Positions 1 through 11,477 are shown, counted from the first letter of the stretch. The stretch is 64,000 nt of DNA from Porticoccus sp. (GCA_033791605.1 JASJGJ010000012.1:8400-72399); one strand, 5' to 3'. Made by a program: numbers and translations. The notes: generated from the letters alone by a model not told the origin.

Positions 1-105
1 AGTGAAGCCAAAAATAATCAGTACCAATGATACTAGTGAGAGCGGGTGTTGTTTCAATTTATCAATGATACGGGCAATGAACCCTTGTTTTTCAGAATTT
101 GTCAT
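1..105 (-). CDS. Partial ORF: the N-terminal 35 codons of a probable membrane protein. It continues beyond the window start.
   Basis: ATG at 105 on the complement, open to base 1: MTNSEKQGFIARIIDKLKQHPLSLVSLVLIIFGFT, with a hydrophobic stretch. It starts 10 nt downstream of the coaBC stop. It is absent from the ORF track because there is no stop in the window. Confidence 0.3.
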   Translation of the reverse strand, partial: MTNSEKQGFIARIIDKLKQHPLSLVSLVLIIFGFT

Positions 106-115
106 GATCTTTCTG

Positions 116-1327
116 TCAGCCTTGGAGCATCAGTGCAATTTTGGCAATCAACTGACGTGCCAAAATCGATTTGTTGATTTTTGGTATGGTTTCGGAGCCT
201 TGCATTTCTACCACGAGAACAGCGTTATCATCACTATTAAAACCAATTGTGCGATCTGATACATCGTTAGCGATCACAAGATCAAGATTTTTTCTTTGTA
301 GTTTGCCGCGAGCATGGTTTTCTAGGCAGTCTTCTGTGGTAGGTGTTTCAGCGGCAAACCCTACGGTAAAAGGGCGCTGTTGTAGTGCGGCCACAGCGGC
401 AACAATATCGGGATTTTTAACCAGTTCTATCGTCATGTTGTCGGCAGATTTTTTGATTTTTTGTTCTGATACCTGCACTGGGCGATAATCGGCTACGGCT
501 GCAGAGGCAATAAATAATTGGCAGCCATCGGCTTCCGCAAGAGCTGCGTCATACATTTCTCTGGCACTGGTGATGGCAATGGTTTTTACCCGGTCGGGAG
601 GGGGCAAATTAACGGGACCACTGATAAGCACTGTATCTGCTCCAGCTTCAGCCGCGGCTTCAGCTAAGGCATAACCCATTTTCCCCGAACTGTGATTGCT
701 GATATAACGAACGGGGTCAATAGCTTCGCGGGTTGGCCCCGCAGTGATCACAACTTTTTTTCCTGACAAGGAGCCGGTTTCAAATAAATCGGCTGTTAAT
801 TCAGCGATATCATCAGGCTCAATCATACGTCCTGGACCTGTTTCGCCGCAGGCTTGACTGCCTTCTGCCGGGCCAAAAATATGTGTCCCTCGACCACGTA
901 AACGTTCAACGTTATGTTGGGTGCTAGCATTGCGCCACATGCCTTGATTCATGGCCGGTGCAATAGCAAGGGGTGATCTGCTTGCGAGGCATAAGGTAGA
1001 GAGAAGATCACTACCTTCGCCGTTAACGAGTTTTGCCATAAAGTCTGCTGACGCCGGAGCGATCAGTATGATGTCAGCCCACCGAGCCAGTTCAATATGA
1101 CCCATCGCGGCTTCAGCTGCGGTGTCTAATAATTCAGTGTGTACAGGGTTGCCAGACAGTGCTTGGAGTGTGAGCGGTGTAATAAAGTCAGTGGCTGCTG
1201 GCGTCATAACAACGCGGACGCAAGCCCCTAAATCTTGCAGACGACGTATAATTTCAGCGCTTTTGTAGGCAGCAATACCACCCGTTACACCGAGCAGTAC
1301 ACGCTTATTGGCCAGTGAGGGCATCAA
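116..1327 (-). CDS. coaBC: Bifunctional phosphopantothenoylcysteine decarboxylase / phosphopantothenate-cysteine ligase
   Basis: 403-aa ORF. N-terminal flavoprotein domain ([12 protein letters not shown]) plus C-terminal CoaB domain ([25 protein letters not shown]). Classic dfp-radC divergent context. Confidence 0.95.
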   Translation of the reverse strand: MMPSLANKRVLLGVTGGIAAYKSAEIIRRLQDLGACVRVVMTPAATDFITPLTLQALSGNPVHTELLDTAAEAAMGHIELARWADIILIAPASADFMAKLVNGEGSDLLSTLCLASRSPLAIAPAMNQGMWRNASTQHNVERLRGRGTHIFGPAEGSQACGETGPGRMIEPDDIAELTADLFETGSLSGKKVVITAGPTREAIDPVRYISNHSSGKMGYALAEAAAEAGADTVLISGPVNLPPPDRVKTIAITSAREMYDAALAEADGCQLFIASAAVADYRPVQVSEQKIKKSADNMTIELVKNPDIVAAVAALQQRPFTVGFAAETPTTEDCLENHARGKLQRKNLDLVIANDVSDRTIGFNSDDNAVLVVEMQGSETIPKINKSILARQLIAKIALMLQG

Positions 1328-1457
1328 TAATTTTCCTGAAAATTTGGTCTAGGATGGATAAGATACCATTGCAAAGGGGATTTGCGTAGTCAGTACTTAC
1401 CAATGTGAGTGCTGATGATGAGTTATATCGAGAAGTAAATTACACAGGGAGGTGTTT

Positions 1458-2132
1458 ATGGCTATTACTGATTGGCCGGCGTCGGAACGGCCGCGAGAAA
1501 AACTTTTAGAAAAAGGTGCGAGTGCGTTGTCGGACGCTGAATTGCTGGCAATTTTTCTTCGTACAGGTTGTGCTGGGCGCTCAGCGGTAGATTTGGCACG
1601 TGAATTACTGCAACGTTTTGGTAGTCTTGCCAAAATGTTTTCTGCTGAAAAGAAATCATTTTGTGCTGTGCATGGTCTCGGTGAGGCTAAATATGTGCAG
1701 TTGCAGGCGGTGATGGAATTGGCTGGTCGCCATTTGGGTGAGCAGCTTCGGCGAGAGCATGTTTTCAGTAATCCGGCATCTGTCGGTGAGTTTCTCTTGT
1801 CACAATTACGTCATTGCCAGCAGGAGGTCTTTGCTGCGTTATTTTTGGATGCGCAACACCGATTAATTGCGTGGGAAAAACTATTTTTTGGCACGATTGA
1901 TAGTGCCAGCGTTCATCCTAGAGAAGTGGTTAGGCAGGCGTTGTATCACAATGCGTCAGCCATTATTTTTTCTCATAACCATCCTTCTGGTGTTGCCGAG
2001 CCGAGTGAATCTGACCGCTTGATAACACAGCGCCTAAAAGAGGCTTTGATGCTGATTGATGTTCGGGTGCTTGATCATGTGATTGTAGGCAGTGGTCACA
2101 CTATTTCAATGGCTGAACGAGGAATGCTTTAG
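1458..2132 (+). CDS. radC: RadC-family JAB/MPN domain protein
   Basis: C-terminal HNHPSG motif ([15 protein letters not shown]). AGGGAGG Shine-Dalgarno lies before ATG 1458; the track ORF begins at GTG 1452. Confidence 0.9.
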   Translation: MAITDWPASERPREKLLEKGASALSDAELLAIFLRTGCAGRSAVDLARELLQRFGSLAKMFSAEKKSFCAVHGLGEAKYVQLQAVMELAGRHLGEQLRREHVFSNPASVGEFLLSQLRHCQQEVFAALFLDAQHRLIAWEKLFFGTIDSASVHPREVVRQALYHNASAIIFSHNHPSGVAEPSESDRLITQRLKEALMLIDVRVLDHVIVGSGHTISMAERGML

Positions 2133-2226
2133 GCGGGTGTAAATGACCTGTGCGTTTAGGGTGAAACATGATGTAAGCCGATAAACTGGAAAATCCCACA
2201 AACATGGGCAGATTCAGAGAATTTAT

Positions 2227-2255
2227 TTGCTTTGGGGGAGGCCTTCTGGTATAAA
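2227..2255 (+). promoter_or_regulatory. Candidate sigma70 promoter for rpmB-rpmG
   Basis: TTGCTT, 17 nt spacer, TATAAA, about 135 nt upstream of the rpmB ATG. Sequence pattern only. Confidence 0.35.
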
Positions 2256-2388
2256 ACGCGGCTCTTTGTGGGGGTGCTCTTTTTGAGAGTATTTTAATAT
2301 TCGAGAGCGCATAATTTTCGAAAAGCCCACTAACTGAATTCAAAAGTAGTCGCCGGATACGGGTGGCGCCATGATTAGAGGCGAAGCA

Positions 2389-2625
2389 ATGTCTAAAGTA
2401 TGTCAAGTCACCGGCAAAAGACCAATGTCCGGGAATAACGTTTCACACGCTAAAAACAGGACTCGCCGTCGGTTCGAGCCTAACTTGCACTCCCATCGTT
2501 TCTGGATTGAAGAAGAGAAGCGTTTTGTGAAATTGCGTCTTTCTGCCAAGGGAATGCGTATTGTTGATAAGCTGGGCATCCAACAGGTTCTTGTTGATAT
2601 GCGCAAGCGTGGCGAAAAGGTTTAA
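2389..2625 (+). CDS. rpmB: 50S ribosomal protein L28
   Basis: [33 protein letters not shown]... is typical L28. ATG 2389 lies inside track ORF 2371..2625. Confidence 0.95.
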   Translation: MSKVCQVTGKRPMSGNNVSHAKNRTRRRFEPNLHSHRFWIEEEKRFVKLRLSAKGMRIVDKLGIQQVLVDMRKRGEKV

Positions 2626-2636
2626 GGAGATAGATA

Positions 2637-2804
2637 ATGGCTAAATCGAATCGCGATAAAATTAAATTAGTTTCTAGTGCTGGCACCGGACACTATTATA
2701 CAACCACTAAAAACAAGCGTACTCAGCCTGAAAAGCTGGAGTTCAGCAAGTATGACCCAGTGGTTCGTAAGCACGTTCCTTATAAAGAAGCTAAAATCAA
2801 GTAA
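2637..2804 (+). CDS. rpmG: 50S ribosomal protein L33
   Basis: 55-codon ORF, below the track cutoff, read by hand: [62 protein letters not shown] lies 7 nt upstream. Confidence 0.95.
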   Translation: MAKSNRDKIKLVSSAGTGHYYTTTKNKRTQPEKLEFSKYDPVVRKHVPYKEAKIK

Positions 2805-2847
2805 GCTTTTTTACTGAGCGAAAGCTCAGACATAGGGCGTTCTGTAT

Positions 2848-2878
2848 AAAAAACCTCGATTTTTTCGGGGTTTTTTTG
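2848..2878 (+). terminator. Rho-independent terminator after rpmG
   Basis: Stem AACCTCGA/TCGGGGTT followed by a T7 run. It is preceded by a separate perfect GNRA hairpin, CTGAGC-GAAA-GCTCAG, at 2814..2829. Confidence 0.7.
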
Positions 2879-2913
2879 TGCGTGTGTTGATAGAAATTGA
2901 GTTGGATGCTGTT

Positions 2914-3339
2914 CTATGGAGGCGTAGTCAAAGCGATATCGGCTACGCCAGCCTCGCGGGCTTGGTCGGAGACAAGAATAAAAGTGTCCGTTTTTGATTT
3001 AGGGTGGGCTTCAATAATCACTTTTACCTTTGGGTTTTCGGCATGCGCACGCTCTACATTTGCCCGTACGGACCTCACATCAATGTGGCGACCTTGAATA
3101 AAGATGTCATTGGTTTCCGTAATATTGAAAACAATGTTTCGGTTTTTTGTTTGCTCCTCTAGCGGAGTGTCACTGATGGGGGGGCGGTTTAGGTTAATGC
3201 CGGACTCTTTGGCAAAGGATGCCGTCACAATGAAGAAAATGAGCATGATAAAAACCACATCCAGCATGGGAGTCATATCAATTTCTGCACTGCTGGAGTC
3301 GCCATCGTTTTCTGTTGTGCGTTTTCTTCCCAAAGCCAT
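2914..3339 (-). CDS. ExbD/TolR-family biopolymer transport protein (orphan)
   Basis: 141 aa with a single N-terminal TM and family motif (IDMTPMLDVVFIMLIFFIV) and a periplasmic C-domain. No exbB/tolQ or tonB gene is adjacent. Confidence 0.8.
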   Translation of the reverse strand: MALGRKRTTENDGDSSSAEIDMTPMLDVVFIMLIFFIVTASFAKESGINLNRPPISDTPLEEQTKNRNIVFNITETNDIFIQGRHIDVRSVRANVERAHAENPKVKVIIEAHPKSKTDTFILVSDQAREAGVADIALTTPP

Positions 3340-3461
3340 TAATTGTTTTCCTGCTGGTATGTAGGTTGTTGGTGGGATTGTAGTGAGGGTTGCCGCGAGT
3401 ATACAACAGCCCTAGTATGCCAGACACATAGTGACGAGTGGCCTTTACTTAGGAGTAGGCA

Positions 3462-4274
3462 ATGCCGGAATTACCAGAGGTTGTTGTCACCCTGAACGGG
3501 GTGCTTCCTCACATACAAGGAAAGAAAACATCCTCCGTTGTAGTGCGAAACTCCAGGCTGCGTTGGCCAGTGCCAGATAACCTACCCGAATTGATGTGTG
3601 GGCAGTTGCTGGTGTCAGGACGGCAGCGGGCAAAGTATATGTTGTTCCAGTTTCCACAGGGACACTTAATGATTCACCTGGGCATGTCTGGCAACCTTCG
3701 CATTGTGCGAAAAGGAGAGCCACCGGCTAAGCATGATCATGTAGATATCAGCTTTGGTGAAGTCGTGCTACGTTTTACAGACCCGCGTCGATTTGGTTCT
3801 GTATTGTGGCTCGAGGGTGAACCAGAGCAGCATCGATTATTACAGCATCTGGGGCCTGAACCTTTTGACTCGTCAGTTGATGGCAAGTATTTGTTTCGCT
3901 TGTCTCGAGGTAAAACTACCTCAGTAAAACAATTTTTGATGGACAATCAAATGGTGGTGGGGGTGGGAAACATCTACGCCAATGAGTCATTATTTCTCAG
4001 TGGTATTAGGCCAAAGAAGGCTGCTGGCCGGATTTCCCTTAAATGTTATGAGAGGCTGTCCAGCAACGTCAAAATGGTTTTAAAGAGAGCGATAGAGCAA
4101 GGAGGCACCACACTGAAGGACTTTGTGGGTAATGAGGGTAAACCAGGTTACTTCAAGCAACAATTATTTGTTTATGGCAGAGGTGGCGAGGCCTGTTTGA
4201 ACTGTCAAGCGTTGTTAAAGGAAATAAAGTTGGGCCAGCGTTCTACGGTGTATTGTTCCGTTTGCCAAAAATAG
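3462..4274 (+). CDS. mutM: Formamidopyrimidine-DNA glycosylase
   Basis: MPELPEV N-terminus (catalytic Pro2/Glu3) and C-terminal zinc finger CLNC...CSVC. 270 aa. Confidence 0.95.
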   Translation: MPELPEVVVTLNGVLPHIQGKKTSSVVVRNSRLRWPVPDNLPELMCGQLLVSGRQRAKYMLFQFPQGHLMIHLGMSGNLRIVRKGEPPAKHDHVDISFGEVVLRFTDPRRFGSVLWLEGEPEQHRLLQHLGPEPFDSSVDGKYLFRLSRGKTTSVKQFLMDNQMVVGVGNIYANESLFLSGIRPKKAAGRISLKCYERLSSNVKMVLKRAIEQGGTTLKDFVGNEGKPGYFKQQLFVYGRGGEACLNCQALLKEIKLGQRSTVYCSVCQK

Positions 4275-4291
4275 CGGGTTTCCACTAGTGA

Positions 4292-5445
<1,154 letters not shown>

Positions 5446-5504
5446 AGCGTTTTTCTCTTCCTAAAGTGATAGCATACACCGCCAGTTTCCAGTGAGAAAA
5501 CAGG

Positions 5505-6632
5505 ATGTCTGAGTCAGATTCAAAGAATACCGAAAATAGTGCTCCAGAGGTGGAACAAAAGCTGGGGAATGAGCCAGATATAAAGCGCTCGTTTTTGCAG
5601 CGATTTCGTCGTCAAAAGCCTGTGGATATTACCGTGGACGTCTCAGGAGACGCGAATGTTCAGGACCTGCCTGGTCAAGAGCAGGAAATCATCGAACCAC
5701 CTATTGCTGAGCAAAAGGAAACCATACGGTCGCGGTTTCGCCGTGCATTATCAAAAACGGGTCGTAGCTTTGGTAATTTATTTTTGGGTGAACGGGAAAT
5801 CGATGATGAGCTTCTAGAGGAGCTGGAAACACTGTTATTGTTGGCTGATGTGGGCATTGAATCCACTGTGGAAATCATTCAGGATTTGGCTGATCGGGTA
5901 AAACGTCGAGAATTAGCAGATAGTCGTGCTCTGTTTGTAGCGTTGCAAAATGCTATGGTCGACAAGCTCAGGCACTGTGAACAGCCTTTGGTCCTCGGTG
6001 GTCAGAAAGGCCCGTTTGTTATTCTGGTTGTGGGTGTTAATGGCGTAGGTAAAACCACCACCATTGGCAAGCTGGCTAAATATTATCAGGATCAGGGTAA
6101 GTCGGTTATGTTGGCGGCGGGAGATACTTTTAGAGCCGCGGCAGTAGAGCAACTACAATCCTGGGGTGGGCGCAATAATGTCCCGGTTGTTGCCCAGCAC
6201 ACCGGTGCCGATAGTGCCTCGGTGATTTTTGATGCCATCGAGTCTGCCCAGTCTCGTCATATCGATATTCTGATAGCAGATACAGCCGGGCGGTTACACA
6301 CTAAAAGTAATTTGATGGAAGAGTTGAAGAAAGTTAAGCGGGTCATGACTAAGCTGGATGATTCGGCGCCTCATGAAGTGCTGTTGGTGTTAGATGCGGG
6401 CACCGGACAAAATGCTGTAAATCAAATGCAGGAATTTAATGAGACGGTTGCTGTGACGGGTGTAGTATTGACGAAGCTTGATGGTACCGCCAAGGGTGGC
6501 ATTGTCTTTTCTCTGTGTAAGCGTTTTGGTATTCCTGTGCGTTTTGTGGGTTTGGGGGAAAGCGTTGAAGATCTACAGCCCTTTAGTGCACGAGAGTACG
6601 TCCATGCTTTATTTGACAATGGTAGTAAGTGA
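5505..6632 (+). CDS. ftsY: Signal recognition particle receptor FtsY
   Basis: Acidic N-terminal region followed by SRP-GTPase motifs GVNGVGKTTT, DTAGR and TKLD. ftsYEX order. Confidence 0.95.
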   Translation: MSESDSKNTENSAPEVEQKLGNEPDIKRSFLQRFRRQKPVDITVDVSGDANVQDLPGQEQEIIEPPIAEQKETIRSRFRRALSKTGRSFGNLFLGEREIDDELLEELETLLLLADVGIESTVEIIQDLADRVKRRELADSRALFVALQNAMVDKLRHCEQPLVLGGQKGPFVILVVGVNGVGKTTTIGKLAKYYQDQGKSVMLAAGDTFRAAAVEQLQSWGGRNNVPVVAQHTGADSASVIFDAIESAQSRHIDILIADTAGRLHTKSNLMEELKKVKRVMTKLDDSAPHEVLLVLDAGTGQNAVNQMQEFNETVAVTGVVLTKLDGTAKGGIVFSLCKRFGIPVRFVGLGESVEDLQPFSAREYVHALFDNGSK

Positions 6633-6672
6633 CGATGGCCTCAAGTAATGACGATGAAACTATCTGAACCCT

Positions 6673-7350
6673 ATGATTCAGTTTGATAAGGTCAGCAAGC
6701 GTTATCCTAACGGCTATGAGGCCTTAAATGGTTTGAGCCTGGAGCTTGGTGCCGGTGAAATGGCTTTTTTGATTGGTCATTCTGGTGCTGGGAAAAGTAC
6801 TTTGCTGAAGCTCATCATGCTGATGGAGAGGCCAACCCACGGCCAATTGTTAGTCAACGGTAAAAATCTAAATCGTCTTCATCGTAGCCAAATACCCTAC
6901 TACCGTCGCAATGTTGGAGTTGTGTTCCAAAATCACCAGTTACTCTTTGATCGCAGTGCTTTTGATAATGTTGCGCTTCCTTTGCTGGTGTCTGGTTATC
7001 AGCCAAGGGAGGTCGGGCGCAGGGTGCGGGCTGCCTTGGATAAAGTGGGTTTGCTCGATAAAGAGAAAATGAATCCTATTGCCTTGTCTGGCGGTGAGCA
7101 ACAGCGCTTGGGTATAGCTCGTGCTGTGGTTCATAAGCCACGAATTTTATTAGCGGATGAACCTACTGGAAACCTTGACCCAGAATTGTCTGCAGAAATT
7201 ATGGATTTATTTCGTCAGTTCCGCGAGGTGGGCGTTACGGTGTTGATTGCAACCCATGATGTGGATTTGATCTCTCGTATGGGTGTGCGTCGGTTACAAC
7301 TACAGCAGGGTAGACTGATACAGGATGGGGTGCCCGAACATGAAGCGTAA
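6673..7350 (+). CDS. ftsE: Cell division ATP-binding protein FtsE
   Basis: Walker A GHSGAGKST, ABC signature LSGGEQQR, Walker B LLADEPT. 225 aa. Confidence 0.95.
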   Translation: MIQFDKVSKRYPNGYEALNGLSLELGAGEMAFLIGHSGAGKSTLLKLIMLMERPTHGQLLVNGKNLNRLHRSQIPYYRRNVGVVFQNHQLLFDRSAFDNVALPLLVSGYQPREVGRRVRAALDKVGLLDKEKMNPIALSGGEQQRLGIARAVVHKPRILLADEPTGNLDPELSAEIMDLFRQFREVGVTVLIATHDVDLISRMGVRRLQLQQGRLIQDGVPEHEA

Positions 7351-8368
7351 TCGTCGCCGGAAACCTGAGAAAAATAGTTCTACTAGTAAAACCCCTGTTA
7401 GGGAGCGGCGCCGAGGTGCATCAGACGGCCGGGCAGTTTTTCTGGATAAATTAAGAAGTTATTTACAAAACCACTGGCAATTATTTTTTAATACATTTCA
7501 GCGTTTAGCCGCTGAGCCTGTTCAGACCTTGATGACATCTCTTGTTGTGGCGATAGCCTTGGGGTTGCCCGCAGCTCTGTATGTGGGTGTTATAAATCTG
7601 CAGCAATTGGGTAGCCGTGTGGAAACCATTTCCCAAATGACGGTGTTTCTCAAGACGGACAGTACCCAAGCAGCCATAGATCAGCTGCAAAAAAAATTAG
7701 TATCTGATGTTGATATTGCTAAGGTTGACTATATTTCTCGACAACAAGCGCTGGAAGAGTTTCGCTCTCTTTCGGGTTTTGGCAATGTGCTGGACATGTT
7801 GGATGAAAACCCCCTACCGCCAGTCTTTATTGTGCAGGCGGGGGCACGCTTTCAAAATGATCTGGCCGCTAGCGAGACATTGGTGGCTAAGTTGCAAGGT
7901 ATGGCACTCGTGGATGATGTCATGCTAGATATGAAATGGATGCAACGATTGCAAGCTATGTTAGAGGTGGGGGAGAGGCTTGCCTTCTCTCTGGGGTTGG
8001 CTTTAGCCTTGGGCGTTTTGCTGATTATAGGTAATACAATTCGACTTGCCATTGAGAATCGTCGCGATGAAATTGTTGTGGTCAAGCTTGTCGGCGGTAC
8101 CAATGCTTACGTCCGGCGCCCATTTCTCTATACGGGTATTTGGTATGGGGTTATCGGAGGCATGTTGGCTTGGGTGTTGGTCGCTCTGGGGCTTCAATGG
8201 ATATCGGGTCCTGTGGAGCGCCTAGCAGAGCTTTATCAGAGTTTTTTTCATCTGATCGGGCTGGGTTTTGTTGGTTTGGTTGCTCTGCTGTTGATTGGGG
8301 CTGGTTTAGGGCTGTTGGGTGCTTGGTTGGCCGTTGCAAGGCACCTTTCCAGCATTGAACCAAAGTAA
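7340..8368 (+). CDS. ftsX: Cell division permease-like protein FtsX
   Basis: Basic N-terminus, 4 TM segments and a large periplasmic loop. ATG 7340 overlaps the ftsE stop; the track ORF starts at 7325. Confidence 0.9.
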   Translation: MKRNRRRKPEKNSSTSKTPVRERRRGASDGRAVFLDKLRSYLQNHWQLFFNTFQRLAAEPVQTLMTSLVVAIALGLPAALYVGVINLQQLGSRVETISQMTVFLKTDSTQAAIDQLQKKLVSDVDIAKVDYISRQQALEEFRSLSGFGNVLDMLDENPLPPVFIVQAGARFQNDLAASETLVAKLQGMALVDDVMLDMKWMQRLQAMLEVGERLAFSLGLALALGVLLIIGNTIRLAIENRRDEIVVVKLVGGTNAYVRRPFLYTGIWYGVIGGMLAWVLVALGLQWISGPVERLAELYQSFFHLIGLGFVGLVALLLIGAGLGLLGAWLAVARHLSSIEPK

Positions 8369-8397
8369 CATTGATTGATCTGAAACAACCGGTTATA

Positions 8398-8425
8398 GCA
8401 ACTTATTCAGGCTCTAGCAATCTAA
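8398..8425 (+). promoter_or_regulatory. Candidate sigmaE (RpoE/AlgU)-type promoter of rpoH
   Basis: gcAACTT, 16 nt, TCTAA, about 45 nt upstream of the rpoH ATG. It resembles the GAACTT-N16-TCTGA envelope-stress consensus known for rpoH P3. Confidence 0.4.
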
Positions 8426-8469
8426 CGTCAAGCTGGTAAAATGTGTGTCCTTGAAATTTTGAGGTTGAT

Positions 8470-9324
8470 ATGAGTAAAAATCTTCAAGCTGTAGATTGGA
8501 TGGCTCCAGGAGCCAATCTAGCCACTTATATGCAGGGTGCGAACGCTGTTGCGGTTCTCTCTGCTGATGAAGAGCGTGCTCTTGCTGAGGATCTTTATTA
8601 TCGTGAAGATCTTGATGCTGCACGTCGACTGGTCTTGTCCCACCTTCGCTTTGTTGTGCATATTGCTCGATCCTATAACGGGTATGGTTTGCCGCTGGGT
8701 GACCTGATTCAGGAAGGTAATGTTGGCTTGATGAAAGCGGTTAAACGCTTTAACCCGGAAAAGGGTGTCCGTCTAGTTTCTTTTGCTGTCCATTGGATCA
8801 AGGCAGAAATACACGAATATGTATTGCGCAACTGGCGCATTGTTAAAGTGGCAACCACTAAGGCTCAGCGGAAATTATTCTTTAACTTGCGGGGCGCAAA
8901 AAAACGTTTGGCTTGGCTCACCAATGATGAAGCTAAGGCCATAGCGGATGACTTGGGTGTCGACATCATTCAAGTGCGTGAGATGGAAAAACGTTTGTCA
9001 GCGCGTGATGCGGCGTTTGATCCTCTGACGGATGACGATGATGAAGGCGCTTATCAAGCCCCGGCCTTGTATCTAGAAGATAAAAGTGCTGATCCAGCAT
9101 TGCAGGTTGAACAGGCTGATACTGAGCAGGATAGCTATGGGCGTATGGCGGAAGCATTGCATGAGCTTGATGAGCGTAGTCGTGACATCATTCATAGTCG
9201 TTGGTTAGAAGAAGACAAGGCCACCCTGCATGATTTAGCCGATAAATACAGTGTTTCTGCGGAGCGGATTCGTCAGCTCGAACAAAATGCGATGAAAAAA
9301 GTCCGGGCAATAATGGAGGCTTGA
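8470..9324 (+). CDS. rpoH: RNA polymerase sigma-32 (heat shock) factor
   Basis: 284-aa sigma70-family protein with an RpoH-box-like QRKLFFNLR. Downstream of ftsX, as in E. coli and Pseudomonas. Confidence 0.95.
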   Translation: MSKNLQAVDWMAPGANLATYMQGANAVAVLSADEERALAEDLYYREDLDAARRLVLSHLRFVVHIARSYNGYGLPLGDLIQEGNVGLMKAVKRFNPEKGVRLVSFAVHWIKAEIHEYVLRNWRIVKVATTKAQRKLFFNLRGAKKRLAWLTNDEAKAIADDLGVDIIQVREMEKRLSARDAAFDPLTDDDDEGAYQAPALYLEDKSADPALQVEQADTEQDSYGRMAEALHELDERSRDIIHSRWLEEDKATLHDLADKYSVSAERIRQLEQNAMKKVRAIMEA

Positions 9325-9348
9325 GTTTGTAAGCTGTTTGCTAGTTTG

Positions 9349-9377
9349 AAAAGCCGCATCTGTTGCGGCTTTTTTTA
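9349..9377 (+). terminator. Rho-independent terminator after rpoH
   Basis: AAGCCGCA-tctgt-TGCGGCTT followed by a T run. Confidence 0.8.
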
Positions 9378-9444
9378 TGAGGATTTCTAAATATTATTTA
9401 AATAAGCGTGATATAAAGCGATCACCTTTTCAGCGAGAGAGTAA

Positions 9445-9843
9445 ATGAAAATATTGGCAGTGATAACAACGATATCTGGTTTTCTTGCGGTAGCGCTAGG
9501 TGCCTTTGGTGCGCACGCCTTGAGGAATACGGTGGCTCCAGAAATGCTTGGTGTTTGGCAAACGGCTGTGCAGTATCAGATGTTTCATGTGTTGGTCTTG
9601 TTATCAATCGTTATTGCGGAAAGTCGGAGAGCTGGCATTTTAATGCGTGTTGCGGGCTGGTTGTTTGTGATGGGGACCGTACTCTTTTCAGGCAGTCTTT
9701 ACTTGTTAGTGGTTACCGGTATTAAAGCCCTTGGTATGATAACGCCGATTGGTGGGGGACTATTTTTGATGGGTTGGCTAGTGCTGTCTTTTGCCTTGGT
9801 AAAGTTTATTGCTGCACAGCGGACATCGGTGGGTAATCGTTAA
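9445..9843 (+). CDS. DUF423 (YgdD-like) inner membrane protein
   Basis: 132 aa, 4 TM, GAFGAH motif typical of DUF423. Confidence 0.8.
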   Translation: MKILAVITTISGFLAVALGAFGAHALRNTVAPEMLGVWQTAVQYQMFHVLVLLSIVIAESRRAGILMRVAGWLFVMGTVLFSGSLYLLVVTGIKALGMITPIGGGLFLMGWLVLSFALVKFIAAQRTSVGNR

Positions 9844-9887
9844 GTCATTCGTTGTGATGTGGCCAGTAAATATAAGGGAGAGCAGTA

Positions 9888-10583
9888 TTGGATATCAGGC
9901 CAGAGTTTAAAAAAAAATCTATTCGAAGTTATGTGGTGCGATCTGGTCGGATGACCGATGGGCAAAAATTGGCCTTTGAGCAATATTGGCCCATTTATGG
10001 TTTGAGCTTGCATGATGGTTGCTTGGACATTAAAGAGCAGTTTGGTCGCAGTGCGCCTCGAGTACTAGAAATCGGCTTTGGTATGGGAGGCTCCCTAGTG
10101 CAAATGGTTCAGGCTGAGCCGGATAAGGATTTTATCGGCATTGAAGTGCATTCGCCGGGTGTCGGGCGCTTAATTAGTGACGTAGGTAAATTGGAGCTAC
10201 CAAATCTCAGGGTGTATCTAGCTGATGCCACTGATGTGCTCGAAGATTGCATTGTGGATGCCAGTATTGATCGCCTACAGGTTTACTTTCCTGATCCTTG
10301 GCATAAAACAAAACACAAAAAGCGCCGCTTGATTCAGACAGATTTTGTGCAGAGGATACGGGCTAAACTTAAATTAGGAGGAGTTTTACACCTAGCAACA
10401 GATTGGGAACCTTATGCGAAACATATGCTAGAAGTCATAGAAGCTGCTGATGGTTATGAAAACATGATGGGGCCGGCTCAATATTCTCCTCGCCCGGCCT
10501 TCCGGCCAATGACTAAGTTTGAGCAGCGCGGTGAGCGTTTGGGCCATGGGGTGTGGGATTTATTGTACCGGCGTGTAGTCTAG
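9888..10583 (+). CDS. trmB: tRNA (guanine46-N7)-methyltransferase
   Basis: LEIGFGMG SAM motif and FPDPWHK motif. TTG start with an AAGGGAGAG SD. Confidence 0.9.
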   Translation: MDIRPEFKKKSIRSYVVRSGRMTDGQKLAFEQYWPIYGLSLHDGCLDIKEQFGRSAPRVLEIGFGMGGSLVQMVQAEPDKDFIGIEVHSPGVGRLISDVGKLELPNLRVYLADATDVLEDCIVDASIDRLQVYFPDPWHKTKHKKRRLIQTDFVQRIRAKLKLGGVLHLATDWEPYAKHMLEVIEAADGYENMMGPAQYSPRPAFRPMTKFEQRGERLGHGVWDLLYRRVV

Positions 10584-10613
10584 TTGATTCTGGCTCCACC
10601 GGAGTCGGGGTTA

Positions 10614-11477
10614 TCAGTTTACAACTAAGACATCGCAGTTCATGTTAGCGAGTACTTTTTCGGCGGTATTTCCGAGCAAGGCTCCCGCAATACCTTTCCT
10701 AGCCTGGGTGCCTATAACCAGTATATCCGCACCGAGGGTATCCCCCCATTCTTTGATGACGAGCTGCGGGTTGCCGATTTGGACATGAACGTGATTCTGT
10801 GGGATGTTGTAAAACTCCGCTATTTCGGCTTGCTTTGCATCGGTATCCTCGAGGAATTCCAAGCCCAAATGGGCGGCAACAGCATTCTTTTCATCCAGAG
10901 CGCAAATTAAATGAAGCGTGCTGTCTGTGTCTTCTGCTAGGCTAAAAGCCGCAGCAAACACTGCATGGTTAAGTGCCGTGTGAGGATCGTCAATTCGTTG
11001 GGTATCCAATGCGGCTAGAACAATACCGCTACATGCACGGTTGTTGGCACGTGTGAGCAGTACAGGGCAGGGTGAAAAACGGATTAGCATTCGAGCCCCT
11101 GCGAGTTCATCTTCAGAACACATGATGATCAAGTTTGCATTAATTTCTTTAGCTCGGTGGCAGGCGGCTAGAAGGTCATCACTGTTCCACTCAATACATT
11201 GGGATGTGGCTACCTCCTGTAAAGGCATCGAAGCTAACTGATTGGTAACCCATTTTTTTAATACTTGTGTCGCAGAGCGTTTGGCTTTTTGGCGTGAGTC
11301 ATGTCGATTGAGCTCATTATTGTCTAAATAAGCGCAGGCAAAGGCCTCGATAGATACGCTGGTTTTTTGAGCCAAAGCAACAGCCTTGGATAGAGCTGTT
11401 TGGTGGGGTGATGCGGGCTTCATCACTACGAGGTATTTGAGTTGATTGTTCATAGGTATTGTTCCTTTGACAGCCAT
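10614..11477 (-). CDS. Tandem-domain universal stress protein (UspE-like)
   Basis: 287 aa with two USP-like halves. The second ends in a canonical G-2x-G-9x-G(S/T)-like motif (GTQARKGIAGALLGNTAEKV). An alternative start is ATG 11453. Confidence 0.75.
   Translation of the reverse strand: MAVKGTIPMNNQLKYLVVMKPASPHQTALSKAVALAQKTSVSIEAFACAYLDNNELNRHDSRQKAKRSATQVLKKWVTNQLASMPLQEVATSQCIEWNSDDLLAACHRAKEINANLIIMCSEDELAGARMLIRFSPCPVLLTRANNRACSGIVLAALDTQRIDDPHTALNHAVFAAAFSLAEDTDSTLHLICALDEKNAVAAHLGLEFLEDTDAKQAEIAEFYNIPQNHVHVQIGNPQLVIKEWGDTLGADILVIGTQARKGIAGALLGNTAEKVLANMNCDVLVVN

Noticed and set aside
2-259. 85-aa plus-strand ORF at the window start.
   Set aside because: It overlaps the coaBC 3' end and the partial downstream ORF on the opposite strand. 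It has no RBS and an implausible composition.
2460-2480. GGTTCGAGCC (a tRNA T-arm-like string).
   Set aside because: It lies inside the rpmB coding frame, and no cloverleaf can be built around it. I found no tRNA in the window.
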